NCBI GenBank assembly: GCA_043812915.1
Contig: JBDRLQ010000001.1
Location: 28,019 to 92,018 of the forward strand
Reading direction: 5' to 3'
DNA length: 64,000 nt
Source: Candidatus Micrarchaeota archaeon
GTDB taxonomy: Archaea; Micrarchaeota; Micrarchaeia; Anstonellales; Bilamarchaeaceae
This document shows, one piece after another, positions 47,985 to 58,153 of the stretch. The position numbers and the translations under genes were made by a program. Each line of letters opens with the position of its first letter. Positions within the stretch are counted from its first letter, which is position 1. The notes beneath the pieces are model-generated. The model made no database searches, was not told the origin of the DNA, and saw nothing but the letters and a program-made list of their open reading frames with translations.

Positions 47985-48042
47985 CGTATCGCCAATCCAA
48001 AGCCCAGCCTACCTCTCCCGGGCAAATCCGGGACGCCGGCGC

Positions 48043-49653
48043 TTATTTCTCCCCATCATTCTCCTTCATCGCCTTCATGAAAGCGACAAAGAGCGGCGCC
48101 GGCTGCTCCAGCCTGCTTTTGAGCTCCACATGCGGCTGGGTGCCAATGCCGAATGAGTCCTTCCATTCCACTATCTCGGCCACTCCCTTAGGATGCGAGC
48201 CGGATATCACAAGGCCGCCTTCCTCAAGCTTCTCCTTGTACTCCGGGTTGAATTCCCATCTGTGCCTGTGCCTCTCGGAGACCGCGTCCGCCCCATACGC
48301 TTTCTGGGCGCGAGAGCCTTTTTTGAGCATGCACTCATATGCGCCGAGCCGGTTCGTCCCCCCCATCCTGGAAATCTGCTGCTGCTCTTTCAGGAGCGCA
48401 ATCACCGGATGAGGGGTTTTCTTGTCAATCTCGGTGGAGTTGGCGCCTTCGAGCCCGCACACGTGCCTTGCGAACTCAATCACCATGAGCTGCATCCCGA
48501 GGCAGAGGCCGATATACGGTACCTTGTTCTCCCTGGCATACTGTATCGCCTTGATTTTCCCCTCGATACCTCTGGAGCCGTAGCCTCCGGGGACCACAAT
48601 TCCGTCATATCCGCAGAGGAGCTTCCCAACATCCTCCTCCTTCTCAAGGTCTATCGATTCAATCCAGTCAATCTCAAGCGAGCGGTTCTGCGAGGCGGCC
48701 GCGTGAATAAGAGCCTCGCTCACGGAGACATAGGCGTCTTTTACGGCGGTGTACTTGCCGACAATGACCACACTGAGCTTCTTCTCCTTCGATTCAATGA
48801 TTTTCTCGACCAGCTTCCTCCACTGCGCAAGCTCGGCCGGCCTGCTCTTGAGCCCCATGTGCTTGGCGATTGACTTGTACACATCCTGCTTCTCGAGAAC
48901 AAGGGGAAGCTCGTACACGGTCTTGACATACGGGTCGTCGAAGACGTCATCCTCGTGCACGTTGCAGTATTGGCTGATTTTCTTCTTCGCGTCCTTGGTC
49001 AGCGGCTCCTGCTCCCTGCATATGATTATGTGCGGCTGCAGCCCGATGCTCTGCAGCAGCCTTGTGGCATGCTGCGTCGGCTTTGTCTTCTGCTCGCCCT
49101 TGGATAGGCTTGGCACATATGTCAGCTGCACGAAAAGCAGGTCCTCTTCCTCGAACTGGAGCTGCCTTATCGCCTCGAGGAAGTACCCGTTCTCAAGATC
49201 GCCAACCGTTCCGCCAACCTCGATAAGCACGATATCCGCATTGGTATCTTCCCCAACCTTGCGCAGCCTGCCCTTTATCTCATCCGTCAGGTGCGGCACG
49301 AACTGCACGTCCCTGCCAAGGTAGTCCCCTTCCCTCTCTTTCTCGATTATCGCCTTGAAGAGCTTCCCCCCGGTGATGCTTGAGATTCCGGATAACGAGA
49401 TATTCAGGAACCTCTCATAGGTCCCGAAGTCCATATCGACCTCCGTCCCGTCATCAAGCACGAAAACCTCGCCATGCCTATAGGGGTTCATGGTGCCGCA
49501 GTCCACATTCAGGTAGCCATCGAACTTGACCGGAACGACAGAGTATCCTCTGGATTGCAATAATTTTGCGATAGAAGAAGCCACTATACCCTTCCCCAGC
49601 CCAGACATTATTGAGCCAGCAATTACAATGAATTTAGTTTTTTTGTCCCGCAT
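48043..49653 (-). CDS. pyrG: CTP synthase
   Basis: SGLGKG, YLNVD.GTMNP..HGEVFV.DDG.E.D.D.G.YERF, KTKPTQH, GLCLGMQ, ERHRHR. Confidence 0.98.
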   Translation of the reverse strand: MRDKKTKFIVIAGSIMSGLGKGIVASSIAKLLQSRGYSVVPVKFDGYLNVDCGTMNPYRHGEVFVLDDGTEVDMDFGTYERFLNISLSGISSITGGKLFKAIIEKEREGDYLGRDVQFVPHLTDEIKGRLRKVGEDTNADIVLIEVGGTVGDLENGYFLEAIRQLQFEEEDLLFVQLTYVPSLSKGEQKTKPTQHATRLLQSIGLQPHIIICREQEPLTKDAKKKISQYCNVHEDDVFDDPYVKTVYELPLVLEKQDVYKSIAKHMGLKSRPAELAQWRKLVEKIIESKEKKLSVVIVGKYTAVKDAYVSVSEALIHAAASQNRSLEIDWIESIDLEKEEDVGKLLCGYDGIVVPGGYGSRGIEGKIKAIQYARENKVPYIGLCLGMQLMVIEFARHVCGLEGANSTEIDKKTPHPVIALLKEQQQISRMGGTNRLGAYECMLKKGSRAQKAYGADAVSERHRHRWEFNPEYKEKLEEGGLVISGSHPKGVAEIVEWKDSFGIGTQPHVELKSRLEQPAPLFVAFMKAMKENDGEK

Positions 49654-49703
49654 AGGACATATTCTCCAGCTATTCTTTTAAAGCTTAAGCGAGTCTTCCG
49701 CCC

Positions 49704-50771
49704 ATGGAGAAAAAAACCGGGAACTCCAACGGCGGAAAAAGCCCAACTGCCCAATCGCCCGACCCTCTGGCAGAGCAGAAGACGGTAATCCGCATAACTG
49801 ACTACTCAGGCAAAAGGCTCACCGAAGTCCCATTCGGCCAGCTTGATGAATGCTCGGCCTTCCTGAACAATCCGAAATCAGTGACCTGGATAGACGTTGT
49901 CGGGCTCAAGAATACTGAGATGCTCGAGAGAATCGGGAAGTGCTTTGGCCTCCACCCTCTGGTCATGGAAGACATCATCCACACAAGGCAGAGGCCCAAG
50001 CTGGAGGATTACGACAAATATCTCTACATGGTAGTCAGGATGCTCTTCCAGGACTCCAATAAAAAGAGCGTTCGGAGCGAGCAGATAAGCATCATACTCG
50101 GAAAAAGCTACGTGATATCCTTCCAGGAGCGCGAGGGCGATGTGTTCTCGAAAGTGCGCGAGTACATACGCAAGGACAAAGGAAGGCTGCGCAGGATGGG
50201 CGCCGACTTTTTGGCATATTCGCTTCTCGATGCCGTCGTGGACAACTATTTCCTGATTCTTGAGGCTTTTGGCGAGAAGGTGGAGTTCGTGGAAGAGTCC
50301 CTTATACGGATGCCGGATCCCAAGGTGCTCCATTCAATTAGGAAGCTCAAGAAGGAGATTCTGGTCCTGCGCCGCTCGGTATGGCCCCTAAGGGAGGTCG
50401 TACTTGCGCTTGAGAGGGAGAGCAGGAGCAGCAAGCCCCTTGTTGGGACTGAGACCGCGATTTATCTACGGGATGTCTATGACCACGCGGTGCAGGTGGT
50501 GGACAACGTCGAGACCTACCGCGACTCGATGTCAGGGATGTTCGACATTTATCTATCAAGCGTCAGCAACCGGATGAATGAAATCATGAAAGTGCTGACA
50601 ATTATCGGCACCATCTTCATCCCACTGACCTTCATCACAGGGATTTACGGGATGAATTTCGATTACATGCCGGAACTGGAGCATCCCTTCGGCTATTTCG
50701 GCACAGTCGGCCTGATGATCCTGGTCGCCGGGATAATGCTCCTTTTCTTCAGGCGCAAGAAATGGCTCTAG
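49704..50771 (+). CDS. corA: Magnesium/cobalt transporter CorA
   Basis: LHPL..EDI, QRPK, YLRDVYDH, YGMNF..MPEL. Confidence 0.96.
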   Translation: MEKKTGNSNGGKSPTAQSPDPLAEQKTVIRITDYSGKRLTEVPFGQLDECSAFLNNPKSVTWIDVVGLKNTEMLERIGKCFGLHPLVMEDIIHTRQRPKLEDYDKYLYMVVRMLFQDSNKKSVRSEQISIILGKSYVISFQEREGDVFSKVREYIRKDKGRLRRMGADFLAYSLLDAVVDNYFLILEAFGEKVEFVEESLIRMPDPKVLHSIRKLKKEILVLRRSVWPLREVVLALERESRSSKPLVGTETAIYLRDVYDHAVQVVDNVETYRDSMSGMFDIYLSSVSNRMNEIMKVLTIIGTIFIPLTFITGIYGMNFDYMPELEHPFGYFGTVGLMILVAGIMLLFFRRKKWL

Positions 50772-50778
50772 TGGTCGC

Positions 50779-51744
50779 ATGATGCTCGAGCTGCTGATCC
50801 TAATTGCTTCAATAGCCGTTCTATCACGCTCCTCTTCGGAGGTTGTGGACAGCGCCCTGAGGCTCTCCCGCTTCTTCGGGATAAGCCAGTTGGCAATGGG
50901 CTTCCTGCTTGTTGCGGTCGCAACCAGCCTGCCCGAGCTTTCGGTCTCAATAACTGCTGCTAGCGCCGGGCAGGGCGCGATAGCTGCCGGCAATGTATTC
51001 GGTTCCAACATAGCCAACATATTCCTGATACTTGGCGCAGGAGCATTCATCTATGGCATAACGATAAGCCGCAGGAACCTGAAGGATATCGGCCTTATAC
51101 TCCTGCTAACAACCCTCATTTCCGTGTATATCATTTTCAGCAGCTATGTCGCGGGGGCCGCCCTGGGAGTGGTGGAGGGGGCCGCGCTGCTCGTAATTTT
51201 CAGCGCCTATGTGTGGGACATTCTTCGGAAAAAAAAGAAGGTCGAGAATGGCGGCAGCATGCCCAAGATAGACAAGAAGAAGGCCCTTAGCGCATTCCTC
51301 GTCTTCTGCGGTGGGATAATCATTGTTGTCATAAGCTCCGCTTTCGTTGTGGATTCTGCTGTGGCAATAGCGTCCTCCCTGGGTCTTGCGCAGAGCTTCA
51401 TCGGGGCCACGCTCATCGCTTTCGGGACATCCCTTCCGGAGCTTACCACCGCGATGCAGGCCCTGCGCAGGGGAAGGCACGGGCTGGTTCTTGGGAACGT
51501 TATCGGAAGCAACATCACCAACCTCACCCTCGTGCTAGGCTCCGCGGCCCTTATCGGGAGCATAGAGGTCAGGCTTCCGGTCTTCGCGGCAGCGCTCCTT
51601 TTCGCGGTCGTTGCCAACAGCATTCTGTTCTATATCGCCGCCATAAACAGGAAAATGGCCAGGCTGGGGGGCATCCTATTCCTTCTGGCATACGGAATTT
51701 ACCTCGCCCTGATATTCGGGCTGCAGGTGACCGAGCTTTCCTAG
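50779..51744 (+). CDS. Sodium:calcium antiporter (YrbG-like)
   Basis: Two alpha repeats (A/G)TSLPEL and GNV.GSNI. Confidence 0.93.
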   Translation: MMLELLILIASIAVLSRSSSEVVDSALRLSRFFGISQLAMGFLLVAVATSLPELSVSITAASAGQGAIAAGNVFGSNIANIFLILGAGAFIYGITISRRNLKDIGLILLLTTLISVYIIFSSYVAGAALGVVEGAALLVIFSAYVWDILRKKKKVENGGSMPKIDKKKALSAFLVFCGGIIIVVISSAFVVDSAVAIASSLGLAQSFIGATLIAFGTSLPELTTAMQALRRGRHGLVLGNVIGSNITNLTLVLGSAALIGSIEVRLPVFAAALLFAVVANSILFYIAAINRKMARLGGILFLLAYGIYLALIFGLQVTELS

Positions 51745-51746
51745 AA

Positions 51747-52445
51747 TCAGAGCCTGTTGAGCGCTTCCTTTATGTCATTGACGCTCATCTTGGTGGTTAT
51801 CATCGGGATGCGCTCCTTTTCTGAAATGCGCATGGCCAATTTATCCACCTTGCTAGCATCAAGGTTGTGCAATACAATCGCTGAAGGCTTTGAAGATGAC
51901 ACGCGCACGACGACGAACGGGCTCCTCCCGGTGCTAACTCCAGTGAAGATGAAGACCCTCTCATTGACGTTCCCATAAAGGTTCTGGAAATAGGAGAAGG
52001 GCATCTCGAGGATTACCTTGATGCTGTCAATCAGGGTATATCCGTAAATCCTCTTGGTCTCCACGATGTCCTCATTGGATAGGATCTTGCCCTTTATCTG
52101 GTCCACGAAATCCTTGAGCGTGATGCTCCTGGCGAATTCATGCACCTCGAAGTATTCGGATACCGGCTTCTCCCTCTCGGCGAACTTGGCGGTTATCTCC
52201 CCGCCTCTCGACCTGTCAATATCAAAAAGGGCGTTGACAAACCTCTTTATTATCCCGGCTCCCGGGGACTTCCTCCGGTTGCCCTCGTAATCGCTGATGG
52301 TGGAGACTGTGATGCCAAGATGCTTTGCCAGTTCAACCTGGCTTATCTTGAATATCTCCCTCCACTTGCGCATGGTCGCTCCCGGGTCATCGGAAAGCGA
52401 AATCTCACCGGCAATCTCCATCTTGGTTTTTTCCAAAATATCCAC
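51747..52445 (-). CDS. Archaeal XRE-HTH transcriptional regulator (COG1709-like)
   Basis: IAGEI.LS..PG..MRKWRE.F..SQ.ELA, ISDYE..RRKSPG, FTGVSTGRSP; GTG start at 52445. Confidence 0.88.
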   Translation of the reverse strand: MDILEKTKMEIAGEISLSDDPGATMRKWREIFKISQVELAKHLGITVSTISDYEGNRRKSPGAGIIKRFVNALFDIDRSRGGEITAKFAEREKPVSEYFEVHEFARSITLKDFVDQIKGKILSNEDIVETKRIYGYTLIDSIKVILEMPFSYFQNLYGNVNERVFIFTGVSTGRSPFVVVRVSSSKPSAIVLHNLDASKVDKLAMRISEKERIPMITTKMSVNDIKEALNRL

Positions 52446-52779
52446 CGTCTGTCTGATTATACTAGTCAGACAAGTGTTTAAATGGGTTACGTTGATTGCA
52501 GTTGTCAGATTGCCCTGGCACTGTCTCAAGTTTTAAAAGCCCTGCGCGTTCTTACCCCGCTATGAAAGGCGTGGTGTCCTGCGGCAACGCGCTTGGCGCA
52601 AATGCAGCATTCTCCAAGCTCAGGATGGGCGGCGTTCAACGCGGCTGTTGCAGGCAGCTTCTTCACGGAGGATACTCGCCAATGCAGCGGGCAGGCTCCG
52701 TGATTGTCTGATAAACTAACATTCTTAAACATAATCCTACACCACTTTAACAGAATAATTTTTATACAGTAGATGGAAG

Positions 52780-53265
52780 GTGAATAGCATGTTCGATGTA
52801 GCCGAGATGTTTTTCCACATTGTGACCCCGCAGATGTTTGACGTAATTTCAGCGCTCCTCATAATCACATTCATACAGTGGGAGCTTCCAAGGACGGTGA
52901 AGCTCCTTGATGAAGAGTACACGAATGACGTCTACCCGGAAACAGGCAGGGTAATCGACATCATCCTGTTCCTCATCGGCATCGGCGCGATGTTCGTTCT
53001 CTATCAGGGCAACAACATGGCAAAGATGATTACCCTCCTGCACAACACCTATCTCATGCTTATCTTCATCCCGGTGATGATAGTAATCCCGCTCATGATT
53101 TTCCTAGGATACTTCAAGAGGTTTTTCGCCAGGATGGACCAGCACAAGTCCCTGACAGTGTTCATGGTGCAGTCCACGTTGGACTTTGGCCACACCCTGT
53201 TCTTCGTTTCGCTGGTTCTGCTGCTTGTTCCTGCCCTGCTTTTCCTTGTTTTGGCCGGCTTCTGA
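52780..53265 (+). CDS. Hypothetical four-TM membrane protein
   Basis: Hydrophobic ORF with AGGTGA RBS. Confidence 0.7.
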   Translation: MNSMFDVAEMFFHIVTPQMFDVISALLIITFIQWELPRTVKLLDEEYTNDVYPETGRVIDIILFLIGIGAMFVLYQGNNMAKMITLLHNTYLMLIFIPVMIVIPLMIFLGYFKRFFARMDQHKSLTVFMVQSTLDFGHTLFFVSLVLLLVPALLFLVLAGF

Positions 53266-53335
53266 GGGCCGGACGGCGGTAAGCCCTTTTAAAGGTTACT
53301 GGAGAATTCCTTCTATTGACTTTAGGTGATCAGTA

Positions 53336-53620
53336 ATGGCTTCCAGAAAAACAGCAAGAAAGAAAAAATCCGTTCCGCGCCCAAGGCTCTCAAAGCCGGC
53401 TGCCAGACCAGCAAGGTCTACCAAATGCTTCTGTGGCTCATCATGCCATGACGAACATGCACGCCTTCCGGGATACCTCCTTATCGCCCTTGGCATTATG
53501 GCGGTTCCGTTGAACTTTGGAATGCTCCCGTCCATGGACTGGGCAAAGGCATGGCCCCTTCTGCTTGTTCTGTTCGGCTTCGTGATGGTAGTGCGCGCAA
53601 CCCTTTGCAGAAGGTTCTAG
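53336..53620 (+). CDS. Small membrane protein with basic N-terminus (LiaF/DUF5668-like TM pair)
   Basis: AGGTGA RBS; G.LLI..G...WPLLLVL.G. Confidence 0.65.
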   Translation: MASRKTARKKKSVPRPRLSKPAARPARSTKCFCGSSCHDEHARLPGYLLIALGIMAVPLNFGMLPSMDWAKAWPLLLVLFGFVMVVRATLCRRF

Positions 53621-54390
53621 AATTCGCGCTCAAGGTAAGAAACAGCGTTGCGGAATATCTTAAGCCCGTGCGCTTCTTTTATTGTCCCTAGTGTCCAATA
53701 GGGGCAGTTCTCTACTGAGTTGAACGCTTCGGGGTGCGGCATCATACCGAATATGTATCCGCTCCGGTCACATATGCCTGCGATGTTCTCCTGCGAGCCG
53801 TTTGGGTTGGCGGGATACCCTGCCAATTCCCCTTTCTCATTTACATACTGCATTACGACCAGCTTCTCATCCGCAAGCTGCCTGGCAGTCTGCCCGTCCT
53901 TTGTTACGAACTTGCCTTCCCCATGCCTTACCGGCAGGAAGGTGTAATCCATCCCCGATGTGAAGACGCATGGGGATTCCTTGTTGATTTTCAGGAACAC
54001 CCAGCGGTCCTCGAAATGCCCCGAGTCATTCCCTATCAGTGTCACCCTCTGCTGGAAGTCGGGGTAAGGCAGAAGCCCCATCTTCACCATCACCTGGAAG
54101 CCGTTGCAGACGCCCATCACAAGCTTCTCGCCATCAACGAACTGCTTGATTGGCTCCTGCAGCCTGAACTTCAATTTGTTGGAAAATACCTTCCCTGAGC
54201 CCAAATCATCCCCGAAGGAGAAGCCCCCAGGAAGAAAGAGGAAATTAAAGTCCTCGAGCATCTTCGGATTCTTTATGAGCTTGTTTATGTGCACTATTTC
54301 TGCGGAGCCTCCGCTCTTCTCGATTGCGAATTTGCTTTCCTGCTCGCAGTTGATGCCGTATCCGGTAAGAACTAGTGCCCTGCACTTCAT
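53617..54390 (-). CDS. purQ: FGAM synthase glutaminase subunit
   Basis: G.NCE.E, PGGFSFGDD, GVCNGFQ, HGEG, NPNGS, MMPHPE. Confidence 0.96.
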   Translation of the reverse strand: MKCRALVLTGYGINCEQESKFAIEKSGGSAEIVHINKLIKNPKMLEDFNFLFLPGGFSFGDDLGSGKVFSNKLKFRLQEPIKQFVDGEKLVMGVCNGFQVMVKMGLLPYPDFQQRVTLIGNDSGHFEDRWVFLKINKESPCVFTSGMDYTFLPVRHGEGKFVTKDGQTARQLADEKLVVMQYVNEKGELAGYPANPNGSQENIAGICDRSGYIFGMMPHPEAFNSVENCPYWTLGTIKEAHGLKIFRNAVSYLEREF

Positions 54391-54429
54391 GCATATGGTA
54401 ATCCGGGCAAGGGAATAAAAAATTACCCT

Positions 54430-54804
54430 CTATACCCTTCGCAGCCCCTTTATCCCCTCGAACTTGCCAGGATTCCTCGTGAAAAGGAAGGCGTTGTTCG
54501 AGAGGCATGTCGCGGCGGTCATCAGGCTGTCCACCCCCCTCCTGTACGTGCCCTTCTTCTCAAACTCCGCCTTCAGCTTGGCTGCGATGGTGGCCTCGCG
54601 CCGGTCGAACGGCAGCACTGTGACACTATCGGCAAAGGCCATCACAACATCAGGCTTCTTTATTGTCTCCAGAAGATGTATCAGGGTGAAGCTCCCCAGG
54701 CAGATCTCCTCCTGGTTGGCGTAGTACTTGAGCTTCTCCACGGTGCTCTGCTCGCCACGCAGGAAATCCAGCGCAGCCTCGAAATCAAGGCATATCTTCT
54801 CCAT
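54430..54804 (-). CDS. VapC-like PIN-domain protein
   Basis: ICLD...LDFLR, VLPFD..A..AA, D.L.AA, TRN..F; abuts the upstream antitoxin. Confidence 0.8.
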   Translation of the reverse strand: MEKICLDFEAALDFLRGEQSTVEKLKYYANQEEICLGSFTLIHLLETIKKPDVVMAFADSVTVLPFDRREATIAAKLKAEFEKKGTYRRGVDSLMTAATCLSNNAFLFTRNPGKFEGIKGLRRV

Positions 54805-55026
54805 CTACTTACCCCAGCCGTACTTGTCCTTCCTGATTTTCTCAGCCGTCCTCTGGTCGAAATCCCCCTCTCCGATAGAGCCGGCAAGGGAAATGATGTT
54901 GCGCCCTTCCTTTGACCTTTCGCTAAGGAGATGCCTGAGAATTCCGCTGAAGCTGGTGCCCTTTGATTTCTTGAGCCTATACAGTTCTGCATAGACATCA
55001 TCCATTATTGTTATAACACGGACCAC
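54805..55026 (-). CDS. VapB-like antitoxin (DUF217-like)
   Basis: ITI.DDVY..L..LK....SFS..L..L pattern; directly upstream of the PIN gene. Confidence 0.8.
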   Translation of the reverse strand: MVRVITIMDDVYAELYRLKKSKGTSFSGILRHLLSERSKEGRNIISLAGSIGEGDFDQRTAEKIRKDKYGWGK

Positions 55027-55256
55027 ATAACCACCTGGAAACTGGCTAAATGTATTCACTCAATACATTTAAATTTTTCCTCTCTGGGGAGAAAAAACTG
55101 TGGGACAAAAACTCTTCTTATGAATTAATTTCTCCGAAGTAAAACCTCATACTTATAATAGCTATGGCGGGCTTTATCCATTACCATGCATATCTCGAAA
55201 AAAGCGTCAGTTTGGCGCTTTTAGAGAAAGAAAATGGCAACACACGCGACCAATAG

Positions 55257-56357
55257 GTGAAAGATATGGAAGACCTTGTCAAATCCGTAATGGGGGAAAA
55301 TGTAGCTGATAGTGAAAGAAGAGACGATGAGAGCAACCTTAGCTCTGAGACAATCAAAATCGTCACCGTCGGTGTCGGCGGAGCCGGCAACAACACGATA
55401 AACCGCCTGATAAAATCGGGCGTCAAGGGCACAGAGCTTGTCGCCATAAACACGGACAGGCAGCACCTCAACATAGTGCATGAGAGGTCAAAGAAAGTGC
55501 TGATTGGAAAATCAGTAACAAAAGGGCTTGGAGCCGGGGGATACCCAGACATCGGCGCAAAATCAGCCGAGGTCGACAGGCCTTTGATTGAGAAAGAGCT
55601 TGAAGCTGCCCACCTGGTCTTCGTATGCGCCGGTATGGGCGGTGGAACCGGTGGCGGAGCGGCCCCAATCGTCGCGCAGATTGCAAAGGAGCAGGGCGCG
55701 ATTGTTGTATCCGTTGTAACGTACCCCTTCGCTCTGGAAAGGGCAAGGAAGAAGAAGGCGGAAGAGGGTATCAAGGCGCTCAAAAAATACTGCGACTCAG
55801 TGATTATCCTGGACAACAACAGGCTTGTGCAGCTGGTACCTAACCTCCCGATGGCAGAGGCTTTCTCTGTTGCCGACGAGATTATCGCCAGGGCAATCTC
55901 AGGCCTCGTGTGGACAATCACCCAGCCCTCGCTCATCAACATCGACTTTGCGGATGTCCGCGCAATCATGGAAGGCGGAGGCGTAGGCTTCATCGCGGTC
56001 GGAGAAGGGAAGGGCAACGACAAGGTCCGCTCAGCATCCGAGGGTGTCATCAAGAACAGGCTTCTTGACGTTGACTTCGAGGGCGCAAAGGGCGCAATCA
56101 TCCACATATCCGGCGGCTCTGACCTGACGCTCGGTGACGCTATCAAGGCAGGGGAGATGATTACGGAGAAGATGGACGCCGAGGCGAATGTCAAATGGGG
56201 CTCCAGAATCATGCAGAACTACGAGGGCAAGCTCGAAATCGTTGCCATCGTTACCGGCGTGAAGGGCGCTTCCATTGCAGGCTCGGCATTCTCAGAGGAG
56301 CAGGAGCAGGCCTCATCTCTTCCGGTATACAGCCAGGACCTTGAGATGCTTGGCTAA
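55257..56357 (+). CDS. ftsZ: Cell division protein FtsZ
   Basis: GVGGAGNN, AINTD, GLGAGG.P, GMGGGTGGG, PF..E, INIDFADV. Confidence 0.97.
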   Translation: MKDMEDLVKSVMGENVADSERRDDESNLSSETIKIVTVGVGGAGNNTINRLIKSGVKGTELVAINTDRQHLNIVHERSKKVLIGKSVTKGLGAGGYPDIGAKSAEVDRPLIEKELEAAHLVFVCAGMGGGTGGGAAPIVAQIAKEQGAIVVSVVTYPFALERARKKKAEEGIKALKKYCDSVIILDNNRLVQLVPNLPMAEAFSVADEIIARAISGLVWTITQPSLINIDFADVRAIMEGGGVGFIAVGEGKGNDKVRSASEGVIKNRLLDVDFEGAKGAIIHISGGSDLTLGDAIKAGEMITEKMDAEANVKWGSRIMQNYEGKLEIVAIVTGVKGASIAGSAFSEEQEQASSLPVYSQDLEMLG

Positions 56358-56452
56358 ATCCTTTCTTTCCTTTTTTCCTTTTTCTTTATTTTCCCAAGAG
56401 GTCCAAAAGAAACAGGTAAATATAAATGGTTTCTTCTACTCTCTTTCACCGT

Positions 56453-57166
56453 ATGCGCATAAAGATTATCCCGAATCCGAAAAAGAGCTGGGCTCAGAGG
56501 ATATCTCATCAGGTGCGCGCGCTTCTGCAAAAAAAAGGGCATGAGCTGGCCGAGGAAAACCCTGATGCCACAATCTGCATCGGCGGTGACGGCACAATCC
56601 TGTACGCCAGCCACATGGGCATGGTGGAAGGGGCAATCCTTGGCATAGGAAGCAAATCAAGCTATATCTGCCAGCTAAAGGATAAGGACTGGAAGAAGGA
56701 GCTCCCGAAGGCCCTCCGGAACCATCGGACCGAGAACCTGATGACCCTTGAGGCAAAGGCAGGCCGCAGGAAACTCTCGGCCCTCAACGACATCGTGGTG
56801 CACACTCCTGATTACCGGGTGCTCACGATCTATCTGTCCATCGCCGGAAAGGAATATTCCTTTGAAGGGGACGGGGTGATAGTATCAAGCGCAGTTGGCT
56901 CGGCAAGCTACGCGTATTCGGCAGGGGGGAAAAAGCTCCGGCCCGCTGCCAGGAAAATAACGGTCGTTCCCATTTGCCCCTACAAGAGGGCGTTCAAGCC
57001 GATTGTGCTTGGGCCGGACGGGAAAGTGCGCATCCGCTGCGACCGGGAATCGGCATTCATTGTGGACGGGATGTTCATAAGGCACTTAAGGAAGAATGAA
57101 AAGATAACAGTAACCGGAAACGGCTTCCTCAAGTTTTTCACAGGCGTTGGTAAACATGGCTTTTAG
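56453..57166 (+). CDS. nadK: NAD(+) kinase
   Basis: GGDGTIL, ALND, GDGVIVSS..GS.SY..SAGG, VPICP. Confidence 0.9.
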   Translation: MRIKIIPNPKKSWAQRISHQVRALLQKKGHELAEENPDATICIGGDGTILYASHMGMVEGAILGIGSKSSYICQLKDKDWKKELPKALRNHRTENLMTLEAKAGRRKLSALNDIVVHTPDYRVLTIYLSIAGKEYSFEGDGVIVSSAVGSASYAYSAGGKKLRPAARKITVVPICPYKRAFKPIVLGPDGKVRIRCDRESAFIVDGMFIRHLRKNEKITVTGNGFLKFFTGVGKHGF

Positions 57167-57566
57167 GAGATTTGACAGGAATTACATACTCAGGAAAGGA
57201 TTCATTGACGTAAAGGCGATTGTAACCGGATTGAGGCAGACCCACAGGCTGAAGCTGGTCCGCGACAAGTCCCCCTATGGCTGGATCACAATACTTGAGG
57301 GGCGATATTCCCTCCCGGAGACTGAGATGGTCCGGCTTGCCGAGGAGCTTCAGTTCCCCATAAGGACAAAGGATATCCTGGTCTTCCCCAAGGGCAAGAT
57401 GCAGAAGGACTTCGCCATTCCCTATACCGAGGCGGAGAAGCAGCGGTTTGCCGCTGAAATCGAGGCCATGAAAAAGGCAGCGGAAGCCGAAGAGGAAGCC
57501 GAGGACGAGGAAGAAGAGGGCGATGATAATTCCGAAGATGATGGGGAAGAAGAGGGCGATGACTGA
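57156..57566 (+). CDS. Hypothetical protein with highly acidic C-terminal tail
   Basis: Overlaps the NAD kinase end; basic core plus Asp/Glu tract. Confidence 0.7.
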   Translation: MAFRRFDRNYILRKGFIDVKAIVTGLRQTHRLKLVRDKSPYGWITILEGRYSLPETEMVRLAEELQFPIRTKDILVFPKGKMQKDFAIPYTEAEKQRFAAEIEAMKKAAEAEEEAEDEEEEGDDNSEDDGEEEGDD

Positions 57567-57619
57567 TTGTTGTTGTAAAACAGATAAAAAAGAGTTTTAA
57601 AACATTTCTATATACATAG

Positions 57620-58153
57620 TTGTCCATGGTGGGCAAGAGAGAACCTAATGGCGTATGCTTGAGGCTGAGGACATTCAATATCGTGAAGCCGATGCCTCCT
57701 GAACCTCCGAAGACAAGGAAGCAGAGGTTCCTTGAATGGGCAGGCTGGGCAAGGAAGGAGATGAAGCCTGGCCAGACTCTGGCAAGCGCTTGCCTAAAGA
57801 CCGGCGGGGAAATAATCCATTCCCCTCTGACGAGGCTAAGCAGAATATGCACTTCAGACACTTTCCTGGACAAGGATCTTGTTGGCCGCCTTGCCGCCAC
57901 CCTGGACCTGGAGTCACAGGAGAATATCCGTCTCTGGGATGGCCTTCCGGACTCCATGGACTCCGGGTGCGCACACCCTATGAAGCTTAGGGTTGTGCAT
58001 GCCGCGACCAACTACCATGATACTGAATTCTCATATACAGTCTCGGTTACAATCGATCCGGAGCTTGTCGATTCGGAAACAATGTCCCACGTCGCGGCGG
58101 TTGTCCAGCATGCTGCGGAGTTCATCCATAAAGAGAAGAAAAAGCAGGATTAG
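57620..58153 (+). CDS. Hypothetical protein
   Basis: 177-aa ORF filling the gap, TTTTAAAA upstream. Confidence 0.5.
   Translation: MSMVGKREPNGVCLRLRTFNIVKPMPPEPPKTRKQRFLEWAGWARKEMKPGQTLASACLKTGGEIIHSPLTRLSRICTSDTFLDKDLVGRLAATLDLESQENIRLWDGLPDSMDSGCAHPMKLRVVHAATNYHDTEFSYTVSVTIDPELVDSETMSHVAAVVQHAAEFIHKEKKKQD

Noticed and set aside
55630..55665. FtsZ signature reads GGGTGGG rather than GGGTGTG
   Set aside because: Other motifs, including the T7 loop NIDFAD, are intact; probably an ordinary variant
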